Of a DNA stretch of 64,000 nt, positions 26,064 to 38,419 are shown in pieces. This DNA is from Glaucostegus cemiculus. Lineage: Eukaryota. Position 1 is the stretch's first letter, and each line of letters starts with the position of its first letter. Position numbers and translations under genes: made by a program. Below the pieces are notes generated by a model that did not search any database, was not told the origin of the DNA, and worked only from the letters and a program-made list of their open reading frames with translations. Location of the stretch: positions 7,006,001 through 7,070,000 of the forward strand of contig CDPCPM010000012.1 of the NCBI GenBank assembly GCA_976551045.1, written 5' to 3'.

Positions 26064-27598
26064 CTGAAAAGTAATTCAAAACAACATTGATAAAAGTAAT
26101 TTTAGATTTTATCCTTATTTTTTGAGTTGTCAAAATGGTGAATGTGTAGCATCAAAAGGTCTATTTATTTTGAAGTGCCATACATATGCTTTGTATTTAC
26201 TTAATTTCCAACGCTATGTTTTAGTACAAATATATAGCACACATTGTTATTTTCTATTCACTGGATTGTACTACTTTTGTGGTAATTAGTTTCACTGGTG
26301 GTGTTAAAATAAAGTGCCTGTAAAACTAAATGCCTTTGAAATGTTTGAAGGATTTAATTGAGCCTTATTTTGTATCAGCACTGTGAGACACAATTAAAAT
26401 CCAACAAAAGGCCAAAAGAAGACAATTAAGCTCATTTTCTTTCAGTAACTGCTATGAACAAAAATGCAGCAACCCATTTCATACTCGCATTAACTTTTTC
26501 TGGTTCATATTGGAGACTGAGAAAAAAAAATTCTGGTTAATGATGGTCTGCCTTGAAAGCAGCATTTTGGATCAGTCTAATTAGTTGTAAAGTAATAGTA
26601 GTCATATTCAAAATTTGCCACACAATTCTATAAGTTTTTTTTTGTCAGGACGAGTACAGAGTCAGAAGTAATCCTGACACTTATTATAGATTCACCATGT
26701 GGATAAAGTACAGAAGTCAGCTAGTGCCTGTGAAACTGCACTCCAGCAGGGAGTCAGACAAAGGGAAAAGGTGAAACTGGGGAAAAATAAACCAGACCAG
26801 CTATTGGTCCAGATTAATATCTGTAATCTGCAAACAGCGATCTGTCTGTAGTTATGCTAGACTAACTGTGAAACTGGCTGATTAGCTGGATTCATTGCAT
26901 GATTTTTGGACAACACCATGATGAAATGTTAATCTTTATAAGACAATTAATCTGAAGCTAAGAAAAGCAACTAAAACTATCCATGCAACTGGATTAACAA
27001 AGTAGTATCTTTTTTGATATTTATGAAAGGAAAGATGTTTAATAATGCATATATATGATTTCCTTAAAAACTTATGACTGCTCAACATCAAGTTCAATTA
27101 TAGAACTACAATAAAGTAAAGCTAATTTTTTGTTCGATCAATGCATCTGTATTTCAAAATAAACCATTCAGAATACTTTGCAAAGATGGTGTATGAAAAA
27201 TATGTTCTGGAAAATATAAGTTTATATCTCCTGATGGTTAGGAAATAAGATCTCAGTCTGACGCAAGAAGCACTGCCTCCTTAACTTTGGTTTGCCTTTG
27301 GCAGCTGGCAGGCTTTTAATTCACTTCGCACCTTGATAGTGATGTACTTCTGTGATCTAAACCCAACCATAACTCTGTACTTTGATGAATTAACCTTTTA
27401 AGAAAAGTTGCTCAGCTAACAAGAAGAGGCTTTATTCCAGGACAGTTAATGAAGGTTGACCAAGTCAGGCTGAAATGAATTAACTTAACTGATCAATTAT
27501 TTATATGAAGCAGAAAAAATGCCCTTAAAACACTCTGCCTAATCATCAAAGGAAGTGAAAATTGAACTAAACACAGATTTATAATATCACATGCTTAC

Positions 27599-27661
27599 TC
27601 CTGTGGGAAGCTCAGTCACTGGAACCACAATGGCACTAATAAAAGCCGACTCACAAAGGTT
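27599..27661 (-). other. Candidate 63-nt non-coding 5'UTR exon
   Basis: Minus strand TTGTTTTAATTTAG|AACCTTTG...CCCACAGGA|GTAAGC. It has no ATG and lies in repeat-free sequence 1.5 kb upstream of the start exon. Support is splice signals only. Confidence 0.25.
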
Positions 27662-28530
27662 CTAAATTAAAACAATTTCAAATGCTGTGTGACAGTAAAT
27701 GTAAAATAGTAAAGAATATTACTAAATCCGTAAACTAGAAACAAAATTATCCAAACACAATGTGTCTATAATGCAGTTTAAAAATACAACATACCATTCT
27801 GCTGATATTATGCATGCACTGTCGCTCCATAATGAATTTTCACAATTATAAAAGGGAAGGAGTAAATTTTCTAATGCACAGCAGCTAAAAAGTAATCAAG
27901 AGAATGAGCCTAAAGGCTATTCCAATGTATGCAAAATTACTGACCCACAGTAAACCAAAGGTAGCCCACAATGAACGCAGAATAATGCCCAAATGCTAAG
28001 TACCTATTCTGATGAGGAACAGCTAAAATTAACACTCAATTAATTTTTGAATCGACAAACAAATGAAACTCATAAATCTATCTTCTCATTAATTTTACTG
28101 TAGTGTAATACCATTCTCCAATATCGAGAAGAAATCTTAAGTGTTATCCATCATGAATATCAAAAAAGGGTAGCACTAAAACAGCATAAATTATGTATAT
28201 TACCTGTTGGTAAAAATGATAAATGTTTTATCATTTCCAATGCATAATGTGAGTTTCAGCATTATTGAAGATAAAAATATGTGATTTTCTTTGAATACTC
28301 ATCCAGAGCAAAAGTGCATTAATTAAAAGGGGAAAAGGCCCTGTTTCACAAACACACATGATTTGTCAAGGTCACTGTGCCTGTATTCTTTTCCCTTATC
28401 TTTGACCCGTCCCAGCATTCTGCTGTCGATATTAACAGGTTTTGTCAGGTTTAAATGCACAACAAATATTCTAAAACAACAACAACATTCAAAGCAATAA
28501 CACAGGCAATCCTTGTGAAGGTTTTGAACT

Positions 28531-29400
28531 TGTTTACCAAACACCGCGAGAAACAAACTAAGCATACGGTCACCTGCAACCACCTCCCAAGCCTACAGCA
28601 TAACACTGCACTTCTCTGACACAGGCCTGTTAAGACAGCATTTGTTGGACAAAGAACTTTCTGTCCATCTCTGATGCACACAGTAAGCCCGTATTCTTCT
28701 GTACAGCTCTGCCTTCTCTTTTGGTGGAGGCGTAGGGGGAAGGAAGAGAAAGCAAACAACTACATAGATACCATTCTATTCTAAGGAAATCTAGTGGAGA
28801 ACGAAACAGCTTGCTAATCTGCTGCCCACTTCATTGAAGTCTCTGATAAGAAAAGCAAACCCAAGTCTGCTTGAGCTGCATTCCATGGACAAGTTCCCTT
28901 CTTCTTTATCAAAACACAGCATTAAGTTTTGTCCAACCATACAGGATAAACTGTTGCTCACACCCGTAAACAGGGGTATATTTGTTTAATAACTGATTGC
29001 TGCCATAGCTACTGTAAACAAGGTGCCTGCATTTGTGCTCATGAACAAACACATCATCTTGCAAGACTAATTTAACATTAACCAGGTGAAATAATCAACA
29101 GATTTTGTAGGTGACACTCAGCCAAGACAATGTAAACAGATTGGAGGAGGAGAAAGGGGCCCATACTTAGGGAATCAAGGTCGAGGCAATGCATTGTGGC
29201 TTGAGTAAACAGTGGAAAGAACTTAAAAGACAAACAACTAGTTAGTCTTGGTTCATCCATTGACATTTATACAAGTGGTGATTTTTGTATATTAAGGCAT
29301 AGCGGCTGCAGCCCCAAATCATGATATCAGCCCAGTGAGAAACAAGGACAATTGTTTATACAAGGTTCTGTTTACTCACAAACAACAATTGTTTGCATCA
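28531..29400. promoter_or_regulatory. Candidate enhancer: homotypic forkhead (GTAAACA) cluster with interspersed SOX-like ACAAT sites
   Basis: Exact GTAAACA/TGTTTAC at 28531, 28966, 29014, 29132, 29205 and 29369. Variants TGTTTAT at 29353 and TGTTTGC at 29390. The flanks of the sites are non-repetitive. Confidence 0.6.
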
Positions 29401-30229
29401 GCAGGTTAGGCCCATCCATCATTTGTTAAACACACAAAACTTGCCCTATTTTGTTCAGTTAGTTGGCTTTTTCTGCTAAAATCAAACCTTACAATCTCCT
29501 TTTGTTCCAGTTCAAATGTACTTTTTGCCTCCCTATTACGGATAGCACCACCACAAAGGATGAAGAATCACAGTAGAAATTATTCTATTTAATATAGAAT
29601 TTTTTTAGTTGTCTGACACAGGAAAATGATTTAAGTGTGTATTTAAACTGGTTTGAAATAAACACACTCACAGAGAAGCAATGTGCTCCGGGCAAAACTG
29701 AATAATTTCATCAAATGTCAACATGTGGGAAAATGGTCTTTCTGAGCACATGTAGTTCAAAGTGTTACAACACTTGAGCAATTTTGAAGTGCCACAGGAG
29801 GGTGGATTTGAGGAAAATGGATGCAATTTACTGGTGTTCCACAAGATAACATTTTCAGGCTCAGCGTTACAAATAATAGTTACAATTGGTTTGTCGATAA
29901 ACATGGAAAAACTTACATTATTTCCATGAAGCATTTATCTCATCAAAAAGTTGTTCTAGCCTGTTCCTAATTTACTTTGCAAAACCTATTTATTTACATA
30001 TCTTAGGCACAATTCTGCAAATGAGACTCTTTCTGCAGTGAGCATGCCTGGGTATTCAGATCGTCATCACATTTTTTGAATGACCATCCATCCCAAATAT
30101 TCTCAATTATTCTTGTGAATTTTACACAAAAACATAAGAAACAGGGGCACCTCAAGTCTGCTTCACATTTAGGATGTAATAGCTGATCTGATCTTAGTTT
30201 CAGATCTAGTTTGTCTTTGATCTCCATAG

Positions 30230-30392
30230 TCTTTAATACTCATGTAGCCCAGAAATCGGCCCATCCTAGATTTGAATAAATGCAGGAACAGCTTCCACAG
30301 CCCTCTGCTACCATGAATTCCAAAGATTCATAACCCTCTAAGAGAAATTCCTCCCTGTTGCCATTTAAATGAGCAGTGCCTTATTCTGAAGC
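30230..30392 (-). mobile_element. CR1 3' fragment
   Basis: gaattccaaagattcataaccctctaagagaaattcctcc is the reverse of the CR1 FF..RV.NLWN-coding end. Confidence 0.6.
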
Positions 30393-31657
30393 AAGAAGAT
30401 TGAAGTAAATGTGTAATACAGCCTTTGATGCTTCCCTATTTTTTCAGCATATATGCAATCATGCTCACATAAACACACATACACTCACACACACAATGTG
30501 TACATGTCCCAATTCTGGGAGCTGCAGATAAGCCAAGGAGATCTTCTACAGTAACCTTGCCTAAATCCTAATAGGACACAAACTGACCCTTCCTGGGTAA
30601 CTTCAAAGCTGAGATGGAAAAGACGTGGTCAACAATGAATGAGGGAGTAAAGGAGGCCAACTCCAATGGGGTCCTCCTCCAGACAAAATGTCCAGAGTAC
30701 AGACTTACATTAACCAACACCCTGGTTCATCAGTGAGCACAGACCTTACAACAACTCTCAGGTCAATGCAATGGCACCCCTTAGATTACATCATCCTTCA
30801 AGCAATAGGCTGCAAGGACAGTTACATCATGCATGCCATGGCATGTACCATTGACTGTCAACTGACTTCTACCTGTTCCACTTTGTTATCTTCATCATCC
30901 TGGCCCCCAAAAACAAGCAGCAACAAAAGCACTGCCACAAGGAAATGAAAGTCAAAACTTAAGGCCTCGTAAAAGGTATCTTTGAGACAGTGCTTCACAG
31001 TCAATCTGTTGACTCGCAGCCAACAGGAGCTACAGAACGTCCACAGCATATGAACTCCTCTGGTCTACCATAATTAACACCTGTGAAGAGATTTTTGGTT
31101 TCTCTACCAGGACTGATTTGATGAGAATGACCAGGAGGTTGAAGAGGAAGTAATTACAAACACAAAGCCTTCCTGGACTGTTTGCTCCACCACACCCAGG
31201 GTAAAAGAGCTACCTCTACAAGTACCTGATGGTTGAGGTCTTATTTTCTCCCCAAACAACAATCCTGAGCATTTCATTACTGCATTTTAGATAACTGGTA
31301 AGAATTAAGCAACTTAAGCAAGTTAAATAACTTAAATGAATACAAACTTCTTTTTATTCCAACAATCTGAAATGGTTGTTTCCTTTTTTCATCAAAATGT
31401 CACCCGCATGGAATAGAACATAACAAATTTGATAATACCCAATAATTTTAATCACATAATCCAAATAGGCAAGGGTTAGCATGGCTTCCCTGACAGTTTC
31501 ATAAATGCAGCTCAAGATCAAAAGGCTATCCCATCTGCCCTCATATCAGTCACAAAAATAACTATTTTATAATAATCAACATCTTGATCCATTATAAAAT
31601 TAATCAAGCACTTTTCTTACCAATAAAGAACAGCTGAATGGACCCAACTTAGTGGGC

Positions 31658-31965
31658 TAGCCATGGCTCAGATGGTACTACACTTGCCTCAGCATTAGAA
31701 ACCTCTTGGCTTCAAATTGCACTCCCAAAGTATAGGCTGATATTTCAATGCAGTCTGAAGGAAATACCACAGTCTTTCAGTTCAGAAATTAAACTGAGAT
31801 CTGATCTTTCCTCTCAGTTGGACAGGAAAGATTCCATGGCATCATAAGAAACAATGATTTTTTTCTTCAGTGGCCTATCTAATATGGATCCCTTAACCAA
31901 GATTATTAAAACAGATGCACGGGCCATCATCACATTACTGTGTATAAATAAGCTGCTGTATTTCA
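31658..31965 (+). mobile_element. DeuSINE-type (SacSINE1/AmnSINE1-like core) SINE
   Basis: tRNA-like head tggctcagatgg (A box). The core aaactgagatctgatctttcctctcagttggacaggaaagattccatggca..atcccttaaccaa..aaaacagat..catcatcacattactg matches the recalled Deu domain. Confidence 0.7.
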
Positions 31966-31979
31966 TGCTTTTCTAATTT

Positions 31980-32760
31980 ATTGTTGGGATATAGGTATCA
32001 CTGGCAAGGCCAATATTCATCATTCATCACAATTTGCCCTTGAGGATGTAGTCTCATGCCTTGTACATGCTGGAAAAGCTTTTGTTTTCCAGGAGGTGAT
32101 GAACTCACTGCTACGTATCCAATTTTAACCTCCTGTTTTAGCAAAGGATTTAAATAGCTAATTCAAATAGAAGTTTCTGTTCAGTGGAGACCCTCTGAGA
32201 TTGGGATCATGAGTGTCCTGGTAATAGTAATCTCATGTCATGCACAGATGGTTAGACTTTCTCGTTGAAGGTAGTCATTTACTGATACTTGCAATCATGA
32301 CAATTACTTACCACATCGGCCCCCATCTGAATATTATCTGGATGTTGTTGCATGCCATATGCCGGCTTTGTTTTTTGTTTAGAAAGAGAAATAGCAAATG
32401 TGTTTCAACATTCAGCAACCATTAATGAATATCCCCATTTCTGATCTTTTGGTAAAATGAAAATATTAATGAAGCAGCTAAAGACAGTTGGGCTCAGCAG
32501 CGATACCCTGGAGCTAAATGACTATCACAACACATTCTCTTATGCAAGATATTCCTCCAATCAATGCAGTATTTTCCCTCTGATTACCATTTACCTCAAT
32601 TTTACCAGTGTTCCTGGTTACCAGACTTGGTCAAGTTTTACCTTGACAAGTGCAGTCACTTTTTACTTGTGTCTGGAACTTCACTTGTTTGTCCACTCTT
32701 AAGCCACAGCTACAATTAAGACTGACAAAACCCAGAGAATGGATCAATAGCCAGGTTATC
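31980..32760 (-). mobile_element. Old CR1-like LINE 3' fragment, tail-to-tail with the DeuSINE
   Basis: Reversed tail gggatataggtatcactggcaaggccaatatt..ttgcccttgagg, the same family as 7215-7925. Confidence 0.65.
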
Positions 32761-33939
32761 GATGTCTAAGTGCGACACGCAACTGCAACTAGAAGATTGG
32801 TCTGGAAAAGATCAGGCAGGGTTATGCCTCATGATGGCCATTCACCATCTGCAAAAGACTCAGACTTGTAAATATCTCTCTCAGGATTTGGCCAGCTCAG
32901 TTAGCAGTGATACTATTGAGCCACACATGGAAATGGACACTGAACTCCCAACCTAGTACATTTTGTGCCCCTGCTACTTCTCAGTGTTTCTTCCAAATAG
33001 TGTTCAAAATAAAGGAGTACATGGAGAGATTCCTCAGCTGAGGGAGGATAGGTACCGGCTCCCAAATATTTATGAGGAGAACTCTGCAACACTGAGAACA
33101 ACCTTGCTATGTCTGAACATTGTTTCTCTTTCCACAAAATCTGCCTGACCAGTGGAGTGTTTCGAGCAGCTTCAATTTGTATTTGCTATTTTTGATTGGT
33201 TTCCCCCAGGCACTCTCACCAGTGTTATTCTTTTGTATTTTAAATGTGGCTATTTGACCTAAATGAATGGTTTGGATGGCTATTTGGAAGAGCATTTAAA
33301 AAAATCAAGTAGTAGATGGGGGGGGGGGGAATTTGAGGCATCTTGCCACTGTAAGTAATACTAAATACATGAAAACCTTTATACCAATATAAACTAGCAA
33401 CAAGACTGCCTAATGTACATTTTCCCTGTGTGTATTCAGGCATTTGGTTCTTGGAATCAACTTCTTTTGTCAGCTGGTCAAAAGATGGGAAGCTCAGGTG
33501 ATTTTGAGAGCTGACTTGCTCGTTTAGGCATGAGACATCCCCCAAAATCTGCAATACTTGAGGGGTGAATTTACCAGTAAAGAAAGAAGTTATAGTACTT
33601 TGAGAAGTGTTTTCTCTTGTGAAATTCATTGTGTTTCTGAGAATTGCTTCTCCGTTTGTTTGTAAAATTGCCAGACCATTGAAGACCAGAGCTCCAAGAT
33701 TCAGTAAAGTTGTGATCCAAGTGAAATACCAAATGGAAGCAAAAGCAGGTCTAGAGCCTGCTCTACCATCCAGTAAGATTGTGATTATCACTTCCTCTCC
33801 CTATCCCCTCAATTCACACAATGCTCAAAAACATTTCAATCTCAGTCCTGAAAATGCACAACAACTAAGCATCATAACATCGAAGATTCACATTTATTAA
33901 GTGAAAAAAACTCTCTTCCCATTTTCAAATGGCTGACCA

Positions 33940-36170
33940 CATCACAAGTTGGGTGTATATAAGTTGGACATTCATAAGCTGCAGAGAACCTGTAACAATC
34001 TGGCATTCTACTGTGAAGACACAAAATATTTGTTTAAAATCTCTTCCACTTCTTTGTTCTCCATTGTAATTTCTCCTCTTCGGGCATCTAAGGGTCCCTG
34101 TATTTTTCTCTAATCTTTTCTTAGTTACCTCTTCCTAGTTAGGCACGTATAATTTCCTTATGTATTTCCTGCTAGTTTACTTTGAGGTTCTAGCTTCTCA
34201 TTCTTTATCAAAGCTTTACTGAATTTTAAAATGATGCTAATCTTGGTGTTTTCTGTTCTTTCTGGCAATATTGCATGACTCTTCTTTTAATCTAATACAA
34301 CTCTTATCTTCTCTCATTAGCTATGAATAGGCCACTTTTCCAGTGGATTTCTTCTTCCTCAGGGGAATGTTTATTCAATAAGAATTATAAATTATTTCTT
34401 TAAATGTTTGCCATTATTTATCTAAAGTCAATTCAGTTAATCTGATTTTTCAACCTTCCTTAGCCAACTTGCCAGTCACAACTCCCTAAATGTATTTAAA
34501 TTTAAGACACTGGTTTCAGACTAAAGCATACCCTCAAATTTGAAATGAAGAGATACAATTTTGTAATTATTCTTCCCCAAAAGTTCTTTTAGTACAAGAT
34601 TACTAATTAACACTACCCCACGAGAATTAAGATTGTCTGTTCCCAAAGTGTTTTTTTCAAAACAACAAACAGTTCTACAAAAGTGCCCTGAATGCATTCT
34701 ATGAACATATTCCAAACCATTTCTGCCAGCTTGGTTTGCTCATTCTTCATGAAGATTAAGGACACCCAGTATTATTGCATTATCCTTGCCACATGATCTT
34801 CTACTTTCCTGACTATACATTAGGTATTTTATAAACTACTCCTGCAGTATTTGCTGTTAGTTTTTAAACCTACTCACACGGACTCTGGATCCTGATTTTA
34901 TGGGCTAAGGTCTTTTCTACCCACATACTTAGTTCATTGTTCATCATCAAGGCTACCCCAACTTTTGGTCCATTGCCTATACATTGTCCAAAAGTCAGGA
35001 ATCCTGCGATATTCAGTTCCCAGCCTTCGTCATCTTGGAAACACAAATCAGTAATGGTTACTAAATCAGACCCATTTATCTCTATTTGTTCAATTAATTC
35101 ATCTATCTTCATGCAAATTCCTTGTGCATTCAGATGCATTGCTTTCATTTTGACAATTTATTCTTTTTTCCTGATCTGGCCTTAATCACTAATGCCCTAC
35201 TACAGCCTGTGACACAGTTAAATTGATTTTACTTGAATTGCTCCTCATTCGAAAGTCTTCACTTTTATCATCAGACTTTTAAATTTACTCTTACCCAAAT
35301 CTTTCCAACCCCAACTAATTTCAATGTTTCAAACACCCATATTTTTTGATTTGAGAGGGTTGGTGATCACAAGTAGTTTTAAGTTACAGAACAGCTCCCT
35401 TCATCCTCAGTAATGTTCCACTGCATTGACTTATTCCTTAAATTCCCTGTTCTGTCTCAATGCCAATTTGCTCAGAGGTAGTAATCAAGAGATTGTTACC
35501 TTTTAAGACGTGCTTTTCAATTTACAACTAGTTCTTACATTGCCTCAATAAAATCTCATTTCTCGTTCTAATTATGTCACAGGTTCCAACTCAATCCTCT
35601 TTTCCTTTCTCCAACCTCTTTTTTTACCCCTGGCATTAGCAAGACAACACAGCAGGACACCCAGTCATGGCTGCTGAAGACAGAAATTTATCCTCCAGGC
35701 TTTATTACCCATTATCTCTTCCACCTTTTAAAAAAAACATTCTCACAACTTGTAGCCTCCTGTACCACAGGGGTGCAGTTCAACTGTCCTCCCTCCTTTG
35801 TTAGGCTTTGTTCTCGGCCACACCAGTAGAAAGTATTTTGAAATTCCTGGACAATGGAACAGGTTCACATTTTCGTTGCTGCATCTGAGGCTCCATTACC
35901 TGCCTGAGTCAAGGTCACAGATTCTTGTCTGTAACTTTAATGAAGTATAAACTGCTAACCAACCAGAAGTATAACTGCTCAAGTCAAACTATGCAGGCAA
36001 CCCTCCACCTCCCTGAAGCATCAGAATATTTGCACTGCAAATTCTATATCAATGACTCCGGGCCAAGTTTCTTGAGTTGCAAAAGTGAAGATATGGCTTA
36101 TTGAGAGTATGTTGCTCTCGACTAAGTTCAACATGCTGTGGATGTGGCAAACCTCTGGCATTCCTATTTC
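33940..36170 (-). mobile_element. Degenerate CR1 LINE, 5' portion (ORF1 remnant and ORF2 endonuclease)
   Basis: ORF 34870-35148 (HLNAQGICMKIDEL..IEINGSDLVTITD..GWELNI.GF..F..GVAL) is the start of a CR1 APE endonuclease. The flanking DNA resembles the reverse of 1237-2300. The upper boundary is uncertain. Confidence 0.8.
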
Positions 36171-36929
36171 TATCAAACCTTGTTTTACATATATAAATAG
36201 CGTGATTCAAAATTAACTTGCTTTATTATTAGTTTTTAAAAACTAATTGAACTGGTTTAAATTTTTAATTTAATTAAGTAAGAGTTAATGGCTCCTGATT
36301 TTAATACCAAGTGCCTCAAGTTTACACAAACTATTTTAAAGCATGAAAAGCAGAACCACCTTCCCTTTCTGCATGTTTGCTGTAATGCTGTATCAATCAG
36401 AAAGAATCACAGTACCCTTACTAGCATCAGAACATGAGGGCAATTAATATTCAGAGAAGGTAATTCATGAATCCATTGCTCTGTGGGAGTCATGCTCAAA
36501 TGGAAAGATTGGTCAGATTTATTGATGCAACATTGCTGTACCAATTCACTATCAGTGTTTCTAGCAAGGTTGCCACTGGGAGCATGCAACAATGAAATTT
36601 ATCTCAAAGACTCTTTCATACTTAATGTGCGGTCAAAAACTGACACTTTATATAGTTTGGACATTATATGAACAGAGTATAAGAGGCCTAAATTTTATAT
36701 TTCGTTCATATTACTTAACTAGGAATATCTAATCTCAAATATTTCCATTTTTCTCAAATCATAAAAGCAAAATTTGAAGGATTATTAAGTTTTGGTTTGA
36801 TGTAATAGGGCAATAGAGAAAAGCAGTCATGGGAGGAAGTGAGAATGGGAAAACAAAACTATGCACAGACGACCCACAGTGGATCTGTCCAGAAAAATAA
36901 GAAGGGCACCTTGACTCAAACTTGCAGCA

Positions 36930-37135
36930 GATTGTAGTGTAAACGAGAGCACGCAATTAGTGCTGAATTATGGGCAGTTCTGTGATGCAGACTCACTGGG
37001 CTGAAACTGTCCAAAGTCAATTCACTCAGGGCTTTCCAGCTAATAGATAACGGAAACTTCCACTCAATCAGCCTTCATTGGATTTGAACCGAGGTCCCAA
37101 AGGTGAAAGAAAAGTGTGCTAACGTACTGCACCTC
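36930..37135 (-). mobile_element. Old tRNA-derived SINE head
   Basis: B box GGTTCAAATCC (plus ggatttgaacc at 37080-37090) and an A-box-like segment at ~37118-37131. Confidence 0.5.
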
Positions 37136-37689
37136 CCGTTTCTTTCAACTTAAAATGTAAATTAGATTTAGAGAGAAATCACGGGGATTGTGGTGACCTT
37201 GGCTACCCTGCTAATGGGCATATTCTTATCCAGATTTGATTGCCATGCTGTCTGTACTTTCTGCCTAATTGGAATAACTGGACATCTCACTTACCACAGG
37301 GGTGTTATACTATCACAACTGGGTTCCCATTGCTGTCCTTTAATTATTTTTTCTGACATACAATGTGGAACTAAGGATGTTATGTTGTTTCTGCAAGGAT
37401 ATTTGAGACTTTGCAATGTAGATCAATTTCATGAAAACTGCCCTTCTAGTCAGACCACTGATCGCTAACCTTCACCCTTGGATTCCGACCAATAATTAAA
37501 CTAATGCAACATCCATGTACTCATGATGTTAAATTCTACTACGAAAACCAGAACAACCCCACAGCAAATAAAACTTTTTTTTGTTTCTTCCTCTCTTAAA
37601 TGCATGTTTTGTTTTACTGGGTTCAATTCAATGTTACTCTTGTAGTCACTCTTGGAGACCTTGCCAAAAATGGTTAGCATTCACATGAT

Positions 37690-37805
37690 ATTCAACAAAT
37701 AGAGGGCTATGGGAATGCCCAGTAACTTCTAGTGTAGGGACATGACGGCACAGCTTTGTGGGCCGAAGAGCCTGAAGTGTGCTGTAGTTTTTCTATGTTC
37801 TATCT
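37690..37805 (+). mobile_element. CR1/HER1 3' tail
   Basis: ggcacagctttgtgggccgaagagcctgaagtgtgctgtag..ttctatgttctat. Confidence 0.75.
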
Positions 37806-38419
37806 TCTAATTAGTGCTAATTGTGTAGAAAGCATCAATGAAAAACACATCAGATTCAATCATAAGATATTACAGCTAGGAAGGAGCTTATACAGTTTAT
37901 CAAAACTCTGCCAGCTCTATAGTGGAGCATCCTATTCAATGGTGTTCAAGATACAGCTTGGTCCACCCCATGTCAGTGAGTGGTGAGCTGGCCACACTCA
38001 TCACTCCCCTACCTACACCCACCTATCATGAGCTCTGAAGCTGGTTCCTGATCAATGAGGCCCTGTGAAGCACAGAGCCTTGTCAGGGAAAATGCTTGGC
38101 TTCAAAATGATTTGATAACTGACTAAGCTGCACCTCCAACCTTAATAACGGTTCTGATACTCAGAAAGAGTTAAAATATTCAGAAATACTAAACAACATT
38201 TGTAGTGTTTAAAAAATTAAAAAATGAAAGCTAATTTTAAAATATAAGAATTAAAACACCAATGCCAAAACAGAAACAATTAAATGTTCAAATACATTTA
38301 ACAATTAAATGCATTTAAATTAACCATCAATTCAAATAATGTGAATTACTTAAAAATTCACCTACGTGCCTCAAAATTATTCTAATCATCAATTTCATAT
38401 CTTCTGTATCTAACTGAGT

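Noticed and set aside
30540-31240. GC-richer block with short ORFs
   Set aside because: Looks like a decayed transposon, with no assignable motif and no exon signals.
33240-33791. Longest ORF in the track (183 aa, minus)
   Set aside because: Non-ATG start, no recognisable homology, and lies among decayed repeats. Likely chance.
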